Below, one piece after another: positions 9,059 through 18,572 of a DNA stretch of 64,000 nucleotides (the first letter of the stretch is position 1; each line of letters opens with the position of its first letter). The stretch spans positions 74,458-138,457 of the forward strand of contig JBFGLM010000006.1 of assembly GCA_041576165.1 (NCBI GenBank). Reading direction: 5' to 3'. The notes beneath the pieces were generated by a model that had not been told where the DNA came from, searched no databases, and was given only the letters and a program-made list of their open reading frames with translations. The translations under genes and the position numbers were made by a program. Source of the stretch: Acidimicrobiia bacterium. GTDB taxonomy: Bacteria; Actinomycetota; Acidimicrobiia; Spongiisociales; Spongiisociaceae.

Positions 9059-9090
9059 TTGCAGCCTAAGGTTCGCCCATTCCTCGCGAG

Positions 9091-9114
9091 TCAGGCGCCG
9101 GACCCGGCGCCTGA
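9091..9114. terminator. Perfect 10-bp hairpin, putative terminator of the upstream small peptide gene
   Basis: TCAGGCGCCG-GACC-CGGCGCCTGA. Confidence 0.45.
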
Positions 9115-9177
9115 AGACGTGTTGTTGAAGACTCTCGGTGGGTACTCAGTCCCAACCGAGTCCTGCTGCGGCCCGCA

Positions 9178-9375
9178 TCAGCTCCACGACCCGCCGAGCA
9201 GCTGCACTCCGCCGGGGATGCCGCCCCCGAACTCATAGACCGTCGGAGCAGCCGGCGCATCATCCTGGTCGGGGATCGTGTAGACCGGGCCGGATACACC
9301 GACCACGAGCGTGGCCGCAACGACGGCGCTCGCGATCCACTTTCTCAGACTCCAGCCTTCGGAGCGGCGTTTCAT
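9178..9375 (-). CDS. Small secreted peptide (65 aa) ending GGSWS
   Basis: RBS GGGAGG before ATG 9375. Basic N-region plus hydrophobic core (WIASAVVAATLVVGV), short mature part. Confidence 0.62.
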   Translation of the reverse strand: MKRRSEGWSLRKWIASAVVAATLVVGVSGPVYTIPDQDDAPAAPTVYEFGGGIPGGVQLLGGSWS

Positions 9376-9535
9376 TGTGACCTCCCTGCGATTCACCGAA
9401 CCTTGTTTTCGTCCGGTTCTCGCCCAAGCTGGAGGACGGTTAATTCGTCACCCGCGCTGACTAGTGCCCGGCGCACCCCGCCGCCGGTGGCGTCAGCTCC
9501 CGCACCGCGTTCCCGGCGACGGGCCCGGGAAGGCG

Positions 9536-11089
9536 TCAGCCCCGTGCCACCTGGTCGCGCAGCACGCGGCGGAGAATCTTTCCGGACGCCGATTTCGGAA
9601 TCTCCTCTAGAAAGGTGACCCTCCGAATCGCCTTGTAGTGAGCCACCTGGCCGCCGACGAACTCCATCAGCTCATGGCCCGACGCTTCGAGGCCGGGTTT
9701 GAGCACGACGTACGCGGCGGGTATCTCCCCGGCCTCCTCGTCGGGGAGCCCGACCACCGCTGCGTCGGCGACGGCCGGATGGGTCAACAGCAGCGCCTCC
9801 AACTCGGCCGGCGGCACCTGAAAGCCCTTGTATTTGATCAGTTCTTTCAGGCGGTCGACGATGTAGAGGTGCCCGTCATCGTCGAAATGTCCAATGTCGC
9901 CGGTGTGCAACCACCCGTCGTCGTCGATCGTCGCCGCAGTGGCATCGGGGTTGTTCAGGTAGCCCGCCATTACCTGTGGACCCCTCACCCACACCTCGCC
10001 GTCCTGCTCAATCCCCACCGGCTCGCCCGACGCCGGGTCCACGATCATGGTTTCGGTGTTGGCGATCGTGACACCAACCGAGCCCGGTTTGTACTCGCCT
10101 TCCGGCGTGCTGTGAGACACCGGAGACAGCTCCGTCATGCCGTAGCCCTGGACCACCGCGCAGCCGAGCCGCTGGTTGACCTCAGCGGCCAGTTCCGCCG
10201 ACAGCGGGGCTGCACCGGAAAACACCTGGCGCAGGGCACTCAGGTCGTATTTGTCGACGATGGGATGCTTCGCCAAAGCCACCACGATGGGCGGAACGAC
10301 AAACGACCGGGTGACCCGGTATTCCTCGTGGATCCGGAGGAACTCCTCGAGATCGAACCGAGGCATGGTCACGACGGTCGTCCCCACCCGCAAACCGAGG
10401 TTCATGAGAACCTGCATCCCGTAGATGTGGAAGAACGGCAGGACGGCTATCGCTACTTCGCCTTCTTCGATAGTCACGACCGGCATCGTTTGTTCGAGGT
10501 TGGCCACCAGGTTGCGGTGGGTGAGCATGACGCCTTTCGACAGCCCGGTCGTCCCCGACGAGTAGGGCAGCACGACCAGGTCTTCGGGAGCGACCGGCAC
10601 CTGGGCGTCCAGCGGTTCACCGAAGAGCGTGTCCAGGGACGGAGCGACCTCGGCCTCGCCTAGGACATAGATCTCCCGGACACCGGTATCGGCGGCCGCA
10701 GCCCGCGCTGTCTCGAAGAACATCGGCACGGTCACCATGATCGAGGCGCCTGCGTCCTCCAGCTGATGGTGGACCTCGCGAGCGGTGTACGTCGGATTGA
10801 TCGTTGTCACGACCCCACCGGCCAGCGCTGCCGCGTGAAACACCACCGCGTATTCGGGCACGTTCGGCGCCATCAGCGCCAGCACCTGGCCCTTCTGAAA
10901 CCCATGCGAGACCAGGCCCCCGGCCAGGCTGCGCACGGCAGCCTCCAGCTGGCCATAGGTATATGTCCGGCCCGAGGGCCCGTCGATCAGCGCCGGCTTG
11001 TCGGCGAGGCGGCCGGCTGCTGCGAACACATACTCGAACAGGGGCTCAGTCGGGATCGCCACGTCCGGGAACGGGCTGGTGTGGATCAC
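9536..11089 (-). CDS. 4-coumarate--CoA ligase-like AMP-binding enzyme
   Basis: YSSGTTGLSKG, QGYGMTE, GWLHTGD, DRLKELIKYKGFQV and PKSASGKILR motifs. Confidence 0.93.
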   Translation of the reverse strand: MIHTSPFPDVAIPTEPLFEYVFAAAGRLADKPALIDGPSGRTYTYGQLEAAVRSLAGGLVSHGFQKGQVLALMAPNVPEYAVVFHAAALAGGVVTTINPTYTAREVHHQLEDAGASIMVTVPMFFETARAAAADTGVREIYVLGEAEVAPSLDTLFGEPLDAQVPVAPEDLVVLPYSSGTTGLSKGVMLTHRNLVANLEQTMPVVTIEEGEVAIAVLPFFHIYGMQVLMNLGLRVGTTVVTMPRFDLEEFLRIHEEYRVTRSFVVPPIVVALAKHPIVDKYDLSALRQVFSGAAPLSAELAAEVNQRLGCAVVQGYGMTELSPVSHSTPEGEYKPGSVGVTIANTETMIVDPASGEPVGIEQDGEVWVRGPQVMAGYLNNPDATAATIDDDGWLHTGDIGHFDDDGHLYIVDRLKELIKYKGFQVPPAELEALLLTHPAVADAAVVGLPDEEAGEIPAAYVVLKPGLEASGHELMEFVGGQVAHYKAIRRVTFLEEIPKSASGKILRRVLRDQVARG

Positions 11090-11198
11090 GGGCGTACCTC
11101 CAAGACGGTCGACACCAGTCTGCTACTTCCCGACTCGGTGTGCAGGTGCCGTGATCGGCGGTGCGCCGGTGGTGGCCGGTCTCTGGCAACATGACATC

Positions 11199-13478
11199 GT
11201 GGACAATGGCCCCACCGACGAACGCGACCTCGAGGGTCTGCTTTCCTCCTGGGCAGACGATCCTGATCTCGCCGGGGACCTGGTTCACCGCCGGGTCGTT
11301 CGCGGCCACGACGCCGCGTTCGCGGACTTGTCGGATCCTTTGCCCGGTGCGTTGCGGTCCCGGCTGGCCGACCAGGGAATCACCCGCCTCTACCGCCACC
11401 AGGTCGACGCGGTGGACAGGATCCGGGCCGGTGACCACACGGTGCTCGTCTCCGGGACTGCTTCGGGGAAGACGCTGTGTTACCAGATTCCCATCGCCGA
11501 ACAGATCCTCGAACAACCCAGGTCGAGCGCACTGTTGCTGTTCCCGACCAAGGCGCTGGCCCAGGATCAATTGCGCTCGTTCGGTCGGCTGCGGATCCCC
11601 GGCCTCAGCCTGGCCACCTACGACGGCGACACGCCCGTCGAGGAGCGCAGCAGCGTCCGCCGGTCGGCCAACGTGATCTTCACCAACCCCGACATGCTCC
11701 ATTACGGAATTCTCCCCAACCACGGGAAGTGGGCCGAGTTCTTCCTGCGCCTGCGCTTCGTGGTCGTAGATGAGATGCATGTTCTGCGCGGCATGTTCGG
11801 CAGCCATACGGCGCTGATCCTCCGACGCTTGCGGCGGATTGCCCGCCACTATGGGTCCGAACCGACATTCGTGTTCGCCAGCGCCACGATCGGCAACCCA
11901 GCCGATCTGGCCCGTCGCCTCAGCGCGCTGGAGGTCGGCGTCGTGGCAGGTGACGACTCGCCGGTGGGCGACAAGCTCATTGCGATGTGGAACCCACCCC
12001 TCGAAGACGCCGATCTGGGGATTCGGCGCTCTTCGATGGCAGAAACCACGGATCTGTTCGTCCGTATGGTCGGTAGCCGTCTGCACACGATTGTCTTTTC
12101 GCGCAGCCGCAAGGCCACCGAGCTGGTCTATCGGTGGGCCAAAGACCGGCTGCCGCCCGAGCTCGCCGACCGGATCGCCCCTTACCGGGCCGGGTACCGG
12201 GCGGAGGATCGGCGCGCCACCGAAGCCCGGCTCTTCGGAGGCGAGTTGCTCGGAGTCACGGCCACCAACGCCCTCGAGCTGGGCATAGATGTCGGCAGCC
12301 TCGACGCTGCCATCATCAACGCCTTCCCCGGCACCCTCGCGTCCTTCCGCCAGCAGGCCGGACGAGCGGGCCGCACCAAAGACGAAGCGCTAGTGGTGCT
12401 GGTGGGCGGCCACGACGCCCTCGACCAGTACTACATGACCTACCCAGAGGAGCTGTTCAGCCGTCCCCCCGAGGCCGCAGTGGTCAACCCGGCCAACCCG
12501 TTGGTGGCCGAAGCGCACACTGCGTGCGCGGCGTACGAATTGCCACTGGACATGTCGGATCGTGAGTTGCTCGGGGACGGTTTCGAAGAAGCCGCCAATC
12601 GGCTCGTGCAGGCCGAGCACCTGCGTCTGCGGGACGGCCGCCTGCACTGGGCCCGGCGCACAAACCCGGCACCCGATATCAACCTTCGATCCTCCGGCGG
12701 CCCCACCTATGTCATCCACGACACCGTCGGAGAACTACTCGGGACGGTCGAACAAGAAAGGGCGTTTCGGGATGCGCACGAGGGGGCGGTCTACCTCCAC
12801 CAAGGCGACACCTACGTCGTGGAGCAGCTTGATCTCCAACGGCACGAGATCAGGGTGCGGAAAGCGTCGCTCGACTACTACACCCAGCCGAAGGAAGAAA
12901 AGGCGATGGACGTGCTCGACGTCGAAGCCAAGGGTCCGCTGGGGGCACTGACCCACTGGCTGGGCCGCGTGCGGGTGGAGTCAGCGATCATCGGATTTCA
13001 GCGGAAGAGGCTGGGATCCGGGGAGAGCATGGGGATGGAATACCTCGACCTGCCCTCCACCACCTTCGACACCGAGGCGTTCTGGTTCACCTGCGCTGAC
13101 CAACTCGTGCGCGCAGCCGGGGTAGAGGCGGCAGAGCTCCCCGGCACCCTGCACGCCGCGGAGCACACTGCGATCGCCATGATGCCGCTGTTCGCAATCT
13201 GTGATCGGTGGGACATCGGGGGTCTCTCGACGCCATACCACCCCCAGATGGGTCCGAACACAATCTTCATCTACGACGGATACCCGGGCGGGGCCGGAAT
13301 CGCCACCGTGGCGTATCCTCGGGGCGAGGATCTGCTCTCGGCAACGCTGGCTGCGCTGGAGGCGTGCCCATGTGCGGCCGGTTGCCCGTCCTGTGTGCAA
13401 TCCCCCAAGTGCGGCAATTTCAACGACCCGCTCTCGAAAGGCGGCGCCATCCGGTTTCTGCGGGCGGCGCTGCGCTGA
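11199..13478 (+). CDS. DEAD/DEAH-box helicase with C-terminal DUF1998 (MrfA/SftH/Hrq1-like)
   Basis: GTASGKT, DEMH, SAT, ATNALELGID, QQAGRAGR and C-terminal CPCAAGCPSCVQSPKC. Start set at GTG 11199 to avoid overlap with the divergent gene. Confidence 0.92.
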   Translation: MDNGPTDERDLEGLLSSWADDPDLAGDLVHRRVVRGHDAAFADLSDPLPGALRSRLADQGITRLYRHQVDAVDRIRAGDHTVLVSGTASGKTLCYQIPIAEQILEQPRSSALLLFPTKALAQDQLRSFGRLRIPGLSLATYDGDTPVEERSSVRRSANVIFTNPDMLHYGILPNHGKWAEFFLRLRFVVVDEMHVLRGMFGSHTALILRRLRRIARHYGSEPTFVFASATIGNPADLARRLSALEVGVVAGDDSPVGDKLIAMWNPPLEDADLGIRRSSMAETTDLFVRMVGSRLHTIVFSRSRKATELVYRWAKDRLPPELADRIAPYRAGYRAEDRRATEARLFGGELLGVTATNALELGIDVGSLDAAIINAFPGTLASFRQQAGRAGRTKDEALVVLVGGHDALDQYYMTYPEELFSRPPEAAVVNPANPLVAEAHTACAAYELPLDMSDRELLGDGFEEAANRLVQAEHLRLRDGRLHWARRTNPAPDINLRSSGGPTYVIHDTVGELLGTVEQERAFRDAHEGAVYLHQGDTYVVEQLDLQRHEIRVRKASLDYYTQPKEEKAMDVLDVEAKGPLGALTHWLGRVRVESAIIGFQRKRLGSGESMGMEYLDLPSTTFDTEAFWFTCADQLVRAAGVEAAELPGTLHAAEHTAIAMMPLFAICDRWDIGGLSTPYHPQMGPNTIFIYDGYPGGAGIATVAYPRGEDLLSATLAALEACPCAAGCPSCVQSPKCGNFNDPLSKGGAIRFLRAALR

Positions 13479-13515
13479 GCCGTTTGCCCCGGGCGGGGCT
13501 GAGCTGGCCGCGGGC

Positions 13516-15003
13516 TCACCTCCACGGCATCAGCTCTGTCTCCGTTCGGTACAGGATCCGATCACGCACCGCCCGCGCGCGATCCAGTTCGAGGTGGGGC
13601 AGCTGCACGTCGCCGACGGCGGTGTGGATCACAACCGTGGCGAGACCATGGCGGCGGTGGAAGATGGTTTGCACCAGCGACACCGCCTGGGTCTTGTGCA
13701 GTGCCAGCGACTGACGGGTGCGGACGACGGGCCCATGCACCACCTCGAGCGTGTCGGCGGAGAGCGTCCACCGCCACCGCCGGCGTGCAACCGGAGCGAT
13801 CAGCGCCACCGTCAGCGGCCACAGCACAACCGCGGCCGCCCGCCAACCGACCAATACCCACGCGATCAGGCCGGCGGCTACAGCCGGCACTATGCCGATC
13901 CAGGTGATCCAGCGCTGCACAGCCAGAACTGAGATGGGGCGGGCGACACCCCCGACGGGAGGCAACAGCAGCGATCTAAGCCCTACGAGTTCTTCCGGTT
14001 TGGTGCCGGGCAACACAATGGAATCGTTCCGGCTCCCGAGACTCGAGGCGGTCGGCAACGTCACGTGGCTGATGGCGGCACGCCGCTGGAGCGGATTCTG
14101 GCGCTCCCGAATCAATTGGATCCGATCGAACGCGGCGGATCGCTCTGAGCGGCTGAGGAGGCCGGAGGTGCTCCGCAGGCGGTCGCCCTCGACGACCAGC
14201 GTGAGGTCGTGGTATCGCAACAACGTCGACCCGAACCACAGCCCCCCGAACACCACCAAGTATGCAACCACAGCGAGACCGATCAGCGCGACCAACGGCA
14301 GGTCGACCGTATCTCGGAGTTGGAGCAGTTCGCGCTCGGTCACGCCGAGCGCATCCCCGAGCTCCTGGATCAGCACGACCAGGGGCGCAACCAGCGCCAG
14401 GTCGGCCAGCGGGTTGCGGGTCAGGGCGACGTATACCAGGTCGCGTACGCGGCGGCGCAGCAGCACCTGGGCCGGTTCGGGTGCGTCGACGGTGTCGGGC
14501 ACGGGCCGTTCGGGGACGGCTCCCTCGCCGGCGCCGCCGGCCTGGGTGACGGCGTGGCGAAGTGCGATCGCCGTCGGGCGGTCGATCGCTTCGAACTGGA
14601 ACTCGGATCCGGCGGATCCGGCAGTTTCAATCCGGGCCCGCACCAGGCCGATCGGGCGGTGGAGGAATTGTTGTTCGATGTGGACGCTCTGGATGCGTGA
14701 CAAGGGGATCGTGATCCGCTCGATCGCGACGAGGCCGCTCGTCACCACCAGGTCGCCCCCCTCGATGTGGAACGTCCTACGCCACCAGGTTGCCGCAGAC
14801 AAGATCGCCAGCACCAGCGCGCCGACCACCGCCACCGCCAGCAACAGCACGGGAGTGCGACCGGACAGGACCGCCACGGCGGCTATGGCCAGGTTGGCAA
14901 GGCCGACCCGGCGCAGCAACCGGCCGGCGATGAATATCAGCGACCAGATGCTCTCACGACTGGGTTCGGCGAACGGTTGGGAGACCTGATGTTGGTCATC
15001 CAT
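13516..15003 (-). CDS. YdbT-like membrane protein with repeated bacterial PH (bPH_2) domains
   Basis: Three TM+PH units (IPLSRIQSV..Q....R..G, FDRIQ.I...QNPLQR, LHKTQ.V..Q.IFHRRHGL). The ATG overlaps the end of the upstream gene. Confidence 0.85.
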   Translation of the reverse strand: MDDQHQVSQPFAEPSRESIWSLIFIAGRLLRRVGLANLAIAAVAVLSGRTPVLLLAVAVVGALVLAILSAATWWRRTFHIEGGDLVVTSGLVAIERITIPLSRIQSVHIEQQFLHRPIGLVRARIETAGSAGSEFQFEAIDRPTAIALRHAVTQAGGAGEGAVPERPVPDTVDAPEPAQVLLRRRVRDLVYVALTRNPLADLALVAPLVVLIQELGDALGVTERELLQLRDTVDLPLVALIGLAVVAYLVVFGGLWFGSTLLRYHDLTLVVEGDRLRSTSGLLSRSERSAAFDRIQLIRERQNPLQRRAAISHVTLPTASSLGSRNDSIVLPGTKPEELVGLRSLLLPPVGGVARPISVLAVQRWITWIGIVPAVAAGLIAWVLVGWRAAAVVLWPLTVALIAPVARRRWRWTLSADTLEVVHGPVVRTRQSLALHKTQAVSLVQTIFHRRHGLATVVIHTAVGDVQLPHLELDRARAVRDRILYRTETELMPWR

Positions 15004-15607
15004 CGAGGCGCGTCCGGCTGAGAACCATTTCCCTGGTCCGCTCCGCAGTGGCGGGGGAAAGTCCCGGCACGACCAAATCGGCTGATCCACTGCCGGCTGT
15101 GAAGATCTCCAGCGACGCCAGCCGGAACGCCCGCTCGATGGCGCCGGCCGATACTGAAACATGCTGGACTCGGGAGAAGGGCACGGTGGTCACCGACCGA
15201 CTGAGGAAACCCCGCCGAAATGAGACGTCATGCTCGCGAAGCGTCCAGCCGCGGTAGGCATACTCAACCCAAACGAGCACCGTCGCACCCACGGTCAGCA
15301 CCAAGGCCGTGATGATCGCCAGCGTCTCCACCCAGGCCGGGGCGGGCGCCAGCTGGGCGGCGAGGATGGTGACAACCGTGACGCCCAACCAGCCCGACAC
15401 CGTGGTCAGCACCCGCACCGTGCGATAGGCCGGATGCAGCGCCTGGTAGTGGTCCTCGTCGAGCTGCGGCAACGCGGCCACGTCGAGCGGGTCATTGCGG
15501 AAATCCGGGGGCGGGGACGGACCTGATCCGGAGGGATCGTCGGACTCCGCGGACGGGGTGGAATGGGCGGCGGCCTCGGGATCCCCGAACGAGCCCGTTG
15601 TGTTCAT
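14996..15607 (-). CDS. YdbS-like PH-domain membrane protein
   Basis: Two TMs then VPFSRVQHV...GAIERAFRLASLEIFTAG. ATGA overlap with the DtxR gene stop. Confidence 0.88.
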   Translation of the reverse strand: MNTTGSFGDPEAAAHSTPSAESDDPSGSGPSPPPDFRNDPLDVAALPQLDEDHYQALHPAYRTVRVLTTVSGWLGVTVVTILAAQLAPAPAWVETLAIITALVLTVGATVLVWVEYAYRGWTLREHDVSFRRGFLSRSVTTVPFSRVQHVSVSAGAIERAFRLASLEIFTAGSGSADLVVPGLSPATAERTREMVLSRTRLDG

Positions 15608-16263
15608 GCAATCGCCACGAACAGCCGGTCGGCTGCGTATGCCCCGACACCCACCGGCTGCCCGTTGACCTTCACCGTCAAAGCGCCGTGCGGGTCCTTC
15701 TGGACCAGCTCCACGCAAGCGCCGGGTCGCAAACCCGACTCGTCAAGGTATTGCATCATTTCGGCGTCCAGTTCGAGCTCCTCGGAGATGCGTTCGAGCT
15801 CGAGGTCCTCACCCCGCTCCATATCCGACATCGGCTTCATCTTGGGTGGTTTGTAGCCGGCCCCCGGGATGGGGTTGCCGTGCGGACAGGTCTTCGGGTC
15901 TTCCATCACCGCCCACATCGCCGCCTCGACATCGTCGGATATCGTCGTCTCCCACACCTCGGCCTCGGCATGCACTTTCGACCACGGCAGCTTCAACACC
16001 TCAGAGAGGAAGCGCTCGGCCAGCCGGTGGCGCCGGACCACGACGGCCGCTAGGTGACGTCCTTCTTCAGTGAGATTGATATGCCCGTCCACCGTGACGA
16101 GGCCTTCGCCGGCCATCCGGTGGACCATTTCTGAAACGCTCGCCCGGCTGACGCCCAGCCAGTCCGCGATGCGGGCCTGGATGACCGGGATGCCTTCCTC
16201 CTCGATCTCCCAGATAGCTTCGACGTATTCGCGGTATCGCACCGAATAGGTGGTGTCGGCCAT
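15604..16263 (-). CDS. DtxR/IdeR/MntR-family metal-dependent repressor with FeoA-like C-terminal domain
   Basis: EYVEAI...IADWLGVSRASVSEM, RRHRLAERFL, HAEAEVWE and CPHGNPIPG motifs. Leaderless TACGAT-6nt-ATG. Confidence 0.93.
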   Translation of the reverse strand: MADTTYSVRYREYVEAIWEIEEEGIPVIQARIADWLGVSRASVSEMVHRMAGEGLVTVDGHINLTEEGRHLAAVVVRRHRLAERFLSEVLKLPWSKVHAEAEVWETTISDDVEAAMWAVMEDPKTCPHGNPIPGAGYKPPKMKPMSDMERGEDLELERISEELELDAEMMQYLDESGLRPGACVELVQKDPHGALTVKVNGQPVGVGAYAADRLFVAIA

Positions 16264-16356
16264 GGGAGGATCGTAGCCCACCGGTCCTGGAAGGTGCCCG
16301 GCGGTTGTTCGCCCAGCGACGGGCAGATTCTTTTGTAGGGGCAGCCAAAGGTAAGC

Positions 16357-16375
16357 TGTTAGGGATGCTGAACAT
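16357..16375. promoter_or_regulatory. Putative DtxR-family operator 1
   Basis: TGTTAGGGATGCTGAACAT, an imperfect palindrome overlapping the ABC ATPase start. Resembles the site at 17467. Confidence 0.5.
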
Positions 16376-17450
16376 CACCCGTCCGGACGGCGAGACAGCC
16401 GCGTCAGCGGAATCAGCGCCGCACGTGCGAGTCGGAGGTCTGGTCAAGACATTTGGCGGATTCACCGCCCTGAGTGGCGCGTCTTTCGACGTGGATCGTG
16501 GCCGTACGCTGGCCATTGTGGGCCCGTCGGGGTGTGGCAAGACGACGCTCCTGCGCATCATCGCCGGGCTCGACGTCCCCGACGCCGGGAAGGTGATCAT
16601 CGGGGGGACGGTGCTGACCGGTCCCGCCGGAGTGGTCGCACCCGACCGCCGCCGGGTGGGCATGGTCTTCCAGGGCGGGGCGCTGTTCCCGCATATGACT
16701 GTGGCCGAGAACGTCGGCTATGGCATCCCGCAGGCACCAGACCGCGACGCCAGAATCCGCGCCAAGCTCGCCATGGTCGACCTGACCGGATTCGAGCACC
16801 GCTATCCGGACAGTCTGTCGGGTGGCCAAGCACAGCGAGTGGCTCTGGCCCGGGCGCTGGCTCCTGAGCCCGACGTATTGCTGCTGGACGAGCCATTCGC
16901 CAACCTCGACGACGAACTGCGGGTGCGCGTGCGCTCCGATGTCGCGGCGCTGCTGCGGTCACTGGAGATCACCGCAATCTTCGTGACCCATGATCAAGAA
17001 GAGGCGTTTGTCATCGGCGACGAGGTCGCGGTCATGCGCGATGGCTCGATCGAACAGGTCGGCGTCCCCGCCGAGATCTACCACCATCCGGCGTCGGCAT
17101 GGATCGCACGGTTCGTCGGCGACGCCAACATCCTGCCCGGCATCCGGGACGGTGAACTGATCGACACCGCCATCGGCATGCTTCCAACCAACGCAGTGTC
17201 CGGCACCTCGGTTGCGGTGATGGTGCGGCCCGAGCAGCTGGAAATCATCTCCGGCAGCCGGGGCATCATCACCGGAGTCGAGTTCTACGGACACGACACC
17301 GCCTACATGGTCGACGTGGCAGGCGAGCAGGTGATCGTGCGCATGCTCTCGGCCCCTCGCCACCGTCTCGGAGACACGGTGGATGTCCGTCATCTGGGCG
17401 GCGTAGTGCATGTGTTCGAGGACCAGCCGGTGGCACAGGCCGGAGTATGA
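16365..17450 (+). CDS. Fe3+-type ABC transporter ATP-binding protein (FbpC-like)
   Basis: GPSGCGKT, LSGGQ, LLLDEP and THDQEEA motifs, C-terminal TOBE-like region. Confidence 0.92.
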   Translation: MLNITRPDGETAASAESAPHVRVGGLVKTFGGFTALSGASFDVDRGRTLAIVGPSGCGKTTLLRIIAGLDVPDAGKVIIGGTVLTGPAGVVAPDRRRVGMVFQGGALFPHMTVAENVGYGIPQAPDRDARIRAKLAMVDLTGFEHRYPDSLSGGQAQRVALARALAPEPDVLLLDEPFANLDDELRVRVRSDVAALLRSLEITAIFVTHDQEEAFVIGDEVAVMRDGSIEQVGVPAEIYHHPASAWIARFVGDANILPGIRDGELIDTAIGMLPTNAVSGTSVAVMVRPEQLEIISGSRGIITGVEFYGHDTAYMVDVAGEQVIVRMLSAPRHRLGDTVDVRHLGGVVHVFEDQPVAQAGV

Positions 17451-17466
17451 CCGGCATGGCGTCGTT

Positions 17467-17485
17467 TGTTAGGGCGACCTGACAT
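17467..17485. promoter_or_regulatory. Putative DtxR-family operator 2
   Basis: TGTTAGGGCGACCTGACAT contains TTAGG-N4-CCTGA, one mismatch from the TTAGG-N4-CCTAA core of IdeR/DtxR boxes. Lies upstream of the binding-protein gene. Confidence 0.6.
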
Positions 17486-17570
17486 ATCCTGACTGGAACA
17501 CCTTGCGAGACCGCATGGCTGCTTCCTAATCTCGCGGTCGTGCCATCACCCCCAAGACGAGGAATTCACG

Positions 17571-18572
17571 ATGAAGCACATCCTGGCGGCGATCTGTGCC
17601 CTGGCGCTCGTTGGGACCGCATGCGGCACCGGTGGTGATGACAAGCTCACGGTGTACTCGGGACGGAGCGAGGAGCTCATCGGACCGCTCATCGAGCAGT
17701 TCAGCGACCGCACCGGCGTCCCGGTCGAGGTGAAATACGACTCGTCATCGAATCTGGCGCTGCTGATTTCCGAGGAGGGGGATCGCACTCCCGCCGACAT
17801 CTTTATTTCGCAGAGCCCCGGCGCGATCGCCTTTCTGGCGGGACAGGATCTGTTGCAGCAACTAGACAGCCGCCTGCTCGATCTGGTCGCACCAGGATTT
17901 CGCAGCGCCGAGGGCCTATGGGTCGGGCTATCGGGCCGGGCCCGGGTCATCGTCATGAATCGTGATCTCGTGAATCCCGATGAGCTGCCCGGATCGGTGT
18001 TCGAGCTGACCGAGCCCCAATACGCGGGGAAGGTGGCGCTGGCGCCCGCCAACGGGTCCTTCCAGGATTTCGTCACAGCCATGCGTATGACCCATGGCGA
18101 TGACGCGGCGGCTGAGTGGTTGCGCGGCATGTCCGACAATCGGTCTCCGACCTATGCAAGCAACTCGGCGATCGTGGATGCGGTTGCGCGTGGCGAGGTG
18201 CCGATGGGGCTCGTCAACCACTACTACAACTTCCGTGCTGTGGCCGAGGACCCGTCGTTGCCATCCGAGAACTACTACTTGCCCGGTGATGACATCGGCT
18301 CACTCATCATCATCACCGGCGTCGGCATCCTGGCGGCTTCGGACAACTCGGAGGATGCCCAATCGCTGATCGAGTTCCTTTTGGGGGCGGACGCTCAGAC
18401 GTACTTCACGAACGAAACGTTCGAATACCCGCTGGCCACCGGCGCCCGACCGTGGGAAGGCCTCCCGCCGCTCTCGGACATCGGCGGATTGACGCCCGAC
18501 TTCGAGGAGCTTGGCGGCGGACTCGAGCGCACCAAGCAGCTGATCGATGCGAGCGGCTTCGAGAGCTCGTGA
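17571..18572 (+). CDS. Fe3+ ABC transporter substrate-binding lipoprotein (FbpA/FutA-like)
   Basis: Lipobox GTAC, LTVYSGR, SGRARV and GLVNHYY (paired Tyr ligands). RBS GAGG. Confidence 0.92.
   Translation: MKHILAAICALALVGTACGTGGDDKLTVYSGRSEELIGPLIEQFSDRTGVPVEVKYDSSSNLALLISEEGDRTPADIFISQSPGAIAFLAGQDLLQQLDSRLLDLVAPGFRSAEGLWVGLSGRARVIVMNRDLVNPDELPGSVFELTEPQYAGKVALAPANGSFQDFVTAMRMTHGDDAAAEWLRGMSDNRSPTYASNSAIVDAVARGEVPMGLVNHYYNFRAVAEDPSLPSENYYLPGDDIGSLIIITGVGILAASDNSEDAQSLIEFLLGADAQTYFTNETFEYPLATGARPWEGLPPLSDIGGLTPDFEELGGGLERTKQLIDASGFESS

Noticed and set aside
9091-9180. Sec read-through of the GGSWS peptide stop (UGA followed by UGC, GGUC-loop hairpin further down)
   Set aside because: The GGUC hairpin is about 70 nt from the UGA, too far for a bacterial SECIS, and the extension looks non-coding. 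It also shows that GGUC loops can occur outside SECIS, which is a caveat for the main finding.
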